Assembly (NCBI GenBank): GCA_963832225.1
Contig: CAWHTI010000013.1
Span: 122,315 to 186,314 of the forward strand
Length of the DNA stretch: 64,000 nucleotides
Source: an uncultured Actinomycetes bacterium
GTDB lineage: Bacteria > Actinomycetota > UBA4738 > HRBIN12
Direction of reading: 5' to 3'
The position numbers and the translations under genes are program-made. Below, in pieces: positions 60,518 through 64,000 of this stretch. Numbering within the stretch: the first letter of the stretch is position 1; every line of letters starts with the position of its first letter. The notes under the pieces were generated by a model, which worked only from the letters and a program-made list of their open reading frames with translations, was not told the DNA's origin and did no database searches.

Positions 60518-61423
60518 ATGGAGATCCGACCCGCCTCCGGCGCCGGCGATCTGGCGATCTGCGTCGAGATGTTCGTGCGAACGAGCAACGACCTCGGCGC
60601 CCGCCACGGCGACGAGCCGTTCACCCGCGAGGACGTCGGGTGGATGCCCGCATCGCTCGACCACCTTGCCTCGACCGACCCCGGTGACCTCGTCCTCGCG
60701 CTCGATGGCGGCGACCCGGTCGGCTTCGGCTGCGCCTTTCGCCGGGAGCGTTTCTGGTTCCTCTCCTACCTCTACGTCGTCCCGGAACGGCAGGGTGCCG
60801 GCCTCGGCCGCAGGATCCTCCGGCACCTGCTGCGGCCACCCCCCGAGCGGGGCGGTGCGATCCTCGCGACCGTGGCGGAATCGCGCCAGCCGGTCTCGAC
60901 GATGCTGTACGCGTCGATCGGGATCGCGCCGCGGGTCCCTCTGTACTGGCTCGAGGGCGAGCCGCGTCTCGACCAACTGCCCGGCCTGCCGGACGGGGTG
61001 AGTGCCCAGGCGCTCTCCCTCGAGCGTCATGGCGAGCAGCTCGACCGGCTCGACCGGAAGCTCCTCGGCTACGCCCGCGCCGTGGACCATGCGATGTGGA
61101 TCCGAGAGGCGCCCGCGGCCCGCGCGTACCTGGCCTCGGACGGGACGATGGCCGGCTACGGGTACCGCGCGCCCGACGACTGGATCTGCCCGCTGGGGGC
61201 GATCGACGAGGAGCTCGCCGCGGCGATCGTGCGCGACCTCGCGTCGCCAGGCACCGCGGACGGTACGAAGGTCACCGTGCAGGTCGCCGGCTCGGCCGGG
61301 GCGCTGCTCCCGCTCCTGCTCCGCGCCGGGCTCCGTTCGGAGGAGGGGGCCACGCTCTTGTACTGCTCGAACGGCCGCGTCCCCGCACCGTCGTACCTGC
61401 CGTACGGCGGCTTCCTCCCGTAG
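60518..61423 (+). CDS. GNAT family acetyltransferase
   Basis: LYVVPERQGAGLG, LYASIG. Confidence 0.82.
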   Translation: MEIRPASGAGDLAICVEMFVRTSNDLGARHGDEPFTREDVGWMPASLDHLASTDPGDLVLALDGGDPVGFGCAFRRERFWFLSYLYVVPERQGAGLGRRILRHLLRPPPERGGAILATVAESRQPVSTMLYASIGIAPRVPLYWLEGEPRLDQLPGLPDGVSAQALSLERHGEQLDRLDRKLLGYARAVDHAMWIREAPAARAYLASDGTMAGYGYRAPDDWICPLGAIDEELAAAIVRDLASPGTADGTKVTVQVAGSAGALLPLLLRAGLRSEEGATLLYCSNGRVPAPSYLPYGGFLP

Positions 61424-61462
61424 CTCGACCCGGATCGACCGGAGCGCGGAGACAGGGGTGCG

Positions 61463-62372
61463 TCAGGGGCGGGCCGCGGGCGGCGGCGGAGCCGCCACCG
61501 GCAGGGTGATGCCGCGCTCGGCCAGACGCTTCGCGATCGACTCGCGCAGTCGGCGCTCCACGTCCAGACGCTTGGAGGTCCGCGTGTCCGCCACGACGCG
61601 CAGCACCTTCGCATCGGCGCCGAGCGCATCGATGCCGAGCACCGTCGGACCCTCGCGGACCCAGTCGCTCAGGCCGGGATCGAGCCGGAGCTCCTCGAAG
61701 AGTTCGTCCAGGATCTCGCGCAGGCTGTCCACGTCCTGGGTGTAAGCGACGCGCACGTCGACGATCGCCCGCGCCCAGCCGCGCGAGCGGTTGCTCACGA
61801 CCAGAAGGTTGCCGTTGGCGACGGTGTGCAGCGTGCCGTCGAAGGCCCGCACCACCGTCACCCGCAGCGTCAGCGCCTCGACCTTGCCCGAGACCGGACC
61901 GCCGGCCGTCTGCAGATCCACGGTGTCGCCCACGCCGAGCTGGTTCTCCAGCAGGATGAAGAAGCCGGACAGGCCGTCGCGCACCAGGCTCTGCGCGCCG
62001 AACCCGAGCGCCACCCCCGCGATCCCGGCCGAGGCCAGCAGGGGCGCCAGGTTCACGTCGAACTCGCTCAGCACCATCAGGATCGCGATCGCCCAGATCA
62101 CGACGACCGTCACGGTGGAGACGGCGTGCGTGAGCGTGGCGACCCGGCGGATCCCGAGGGTCTGCGTCGCGTCGGCCGGCCCCGCCAGCCGTCGCTCGAA
62201 CCGGTGCACGGCCATCCGCGCGAGCAACGAGACGAGGATCGCGATGGCCACGACCACCAGGATCCGCACGCCATGGTTGCCCATCCAGTCGCCGAAGGTC
62301 TGCGCGGCAAGGGTCGGCATGCCGTCCATCCAACAGACCCGAGACGGCAGCGTCAAAGACCGACGGGATCAT
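61463..62372 (-). CDS. MscS family mechanosensitive channel; probable indel near the start
   Basis: ASAGIAGVALGFGAQSLVRD, ENQ..VGD, LRVT, NRSRGW. Confidence 0.9.
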
Positions 62373-62433
62373 GGCCGGGCTTGAGCTGCCTGGCGAGCTC
62401 GTCGGCGTCCGCGTCGATCGCATCGGAGCCGTC

Positions 62434-63866
62434 TCAGATCCCCTCGATCGCCTCCAATCTGCCGGAGCGGACCGCCTCGACGAACGACCGGTAGTCCTGC
62501 TCGTTCTGATCCGCGTACAGCTCCGAGAAGTCGACGATCGAGCGGTCGAACCGGTCGCTCTTGCCGAGGTAAGCGGCGATCGCGATGGGGTCTCCCGACC
62601 GAGCATGCGCCCGTGCGAGGGTCCATCCGCACGCGTTGGCGTAGAACTCGAGGTTTGGCGGGTTCAACGACTCGACGTCGATCGAGCCCTTCATGTCGCG
62701 CAGCTGCCGCCAGTACAGATGGCGGTCGTCCTCGACGCCCTTGGTCCAGCCGAGGTAGATGTCGCTCGCGGCCTGCATCATCCGCTGGCCGTGCACCACG
62801 CGCTCTCCGTGCTGCCTGAACCGGCTCTTGGGCAGGTGGTCCTCGAGCACCGAGGCCGTCGCCTCCTTGACCTGCAGGAACAGCGGATCTCCTGGTCGCG
62901 GCCCTGGAGCAGGACGATGAAGGCGCGTGTCCCGACGCTCCCGACACCGACGACCTTGCGGGCCACGTCGACGAGCTCGAAGCGCTCCAACAGATGGCGC
63001 CGGTCGCTCTGGAGGGTGGCCCGGTAGGAGCGGAACTGCTGACGGATCACGTGCCGCAGCTCGTCGGGCGACATCCCGGCGGCGGCGGGCAGCTCGCGGA
63101 CCGGGATCACGATCGGCGGCTGGCTGACGATGCGGTACTTGCCGTCGACGAGCTCGCCGAGCTTGGACAGCGCCTGCAGGCTGTCGCGCGTGCGTGCCTT
63201 GGCGGCGAACTGTCCGGGCGCTCCTCCTTCCCTTCTTGGCCTCCCGCTTCACCTGCCCGGCCCCGGTTCGCGCGAGCCTGTCGATGGCCGCGTGGAGCTC
63301 GCGCTCGGACAGGCGCGCGTACCAGATCTCCATCGTGCCCATCTTCGCGAACCTGGCCATCGCCTCCCGGTAGGCGCGGACGGCGGCGAGCGTGACCGCC
63401 CGCGTGGCCGCCGGGGAGAAGCCGTTGTTGCGTCCCGCGATCGTGAAGCTCGCGGACATGCGCTTGACGTCGTACTCGAACGGCCCCGGGAGCGTCTCGT
63501 CGAAGTCGTTCAGGTCGAACAGCAGCGCCCGCTCGGGCGACGCGAAGACACCGAAGTTCGACAGGTGGGCGTCCCCGCACAGCTGCACGCCGAGGCCGGC
63601 CCGCGGCGTGTCCTGCAGGTCGGCCGCCATGATCTTGGCCGCGCCACGGTAGAACGTGAACGGCGAGACCATCATCCTCCCGTGACGAACGGGCACGAGG
63701 TCGGGCTCGCGTGTCGCGTTCTGCGCCTCGGCAGCGCGACGGGATCGGGGCGACCCGCGGCGGGGGTCCAACCGGCGTGGCTCGCCGGCGCGGTGGACTC
63801 GCGGGATGCCTTGCCGATCGCCTTGCGGTCGGCGACGCTGGCACGTTGGACGTTGGCTTCGGTCAT
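62434..63866 (-). CDS. DUF2252 family protein, frameshifted
   Basis: SPFTFYRG, CGDAHLSNFG, DLNDFDE, KVVGVGSVG, LQVKEA, RQLRDMK, LARAHAR. Confidence 0.9.
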
Positions 63867-63922
63867 GCCGCTGCGACGCTCCCTCACGTCCCTCGTGGTC
63901 GTCAACCGCACGGCGGCACGAA

Positions 63923-64000
63923 CTACCCCAGTGCCTCCTCGAGGGCGCGGCGCACGAGCACCTTGGACAGCTCCTGGCGGTACTCGGCGCTGCCGAACGC
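63923..64000 (-). CDS. 3' end of an FAD-binding molybdoenzyme subunit (CoxM/CutM-like), truncated by the window
   Basis: AFGSAEYRQELSKVLVRRALEEALG*; coxDE-like genes lie downstream on the same strand. Confidence 0.7.
   Translation of the reverse strand, partial: AFGSAEYRQELSKVLVRRALEEALG

Overview
High-GC Actinomycetota-type chromosomal window. 1-8.3 kb is an accessory-looking block downstream of tRNA-Gln: a dual-cyclase STAND/TPR protein, a secreted FN3 protein, an arsR-arsC-EamA cassette and a methyltransferase. 8.3-17 kb is the conserved core locus (ispE, rsmA, an RpfB-like G5/RlpA protein, tatD, a parS-like site, metG, rsmI, protein O-mannosyltransferase). 17-25 kb holds mixed enzymes. 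25-43 kb is a large DeoR-associated sugar or amino-sugar uptake and catabolism cluster. 43-64 kb holds glcDE/glcF-like genes, kynA, a DUF222-HNH gene, ppc, coxDE-like genes, DUF2252 and the 3' end of a coxM-like gene. Many genes carry single-base indels, densest at about 27.5-34 kb, which look like consensus errors, so those coordinates are approximate. The best new signal is in the arsenic cassette: two short ORFs not called at these coordinates in the track both end in D-C-C-x-x-x-C-C-stop. One (19 aa) has its own RBS, a divergent promoter overlapped by candidate ArsR operators, and a 3' hairpin. The other (35 aa) ends inside a hairpin that would hide the RBS of the EamA transporter. The leader of the RpfB-like/rsmA/ispE operon also has two mutually exclusive hairpins. 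All family assignments come from motif recognition by eye; no database search was run.
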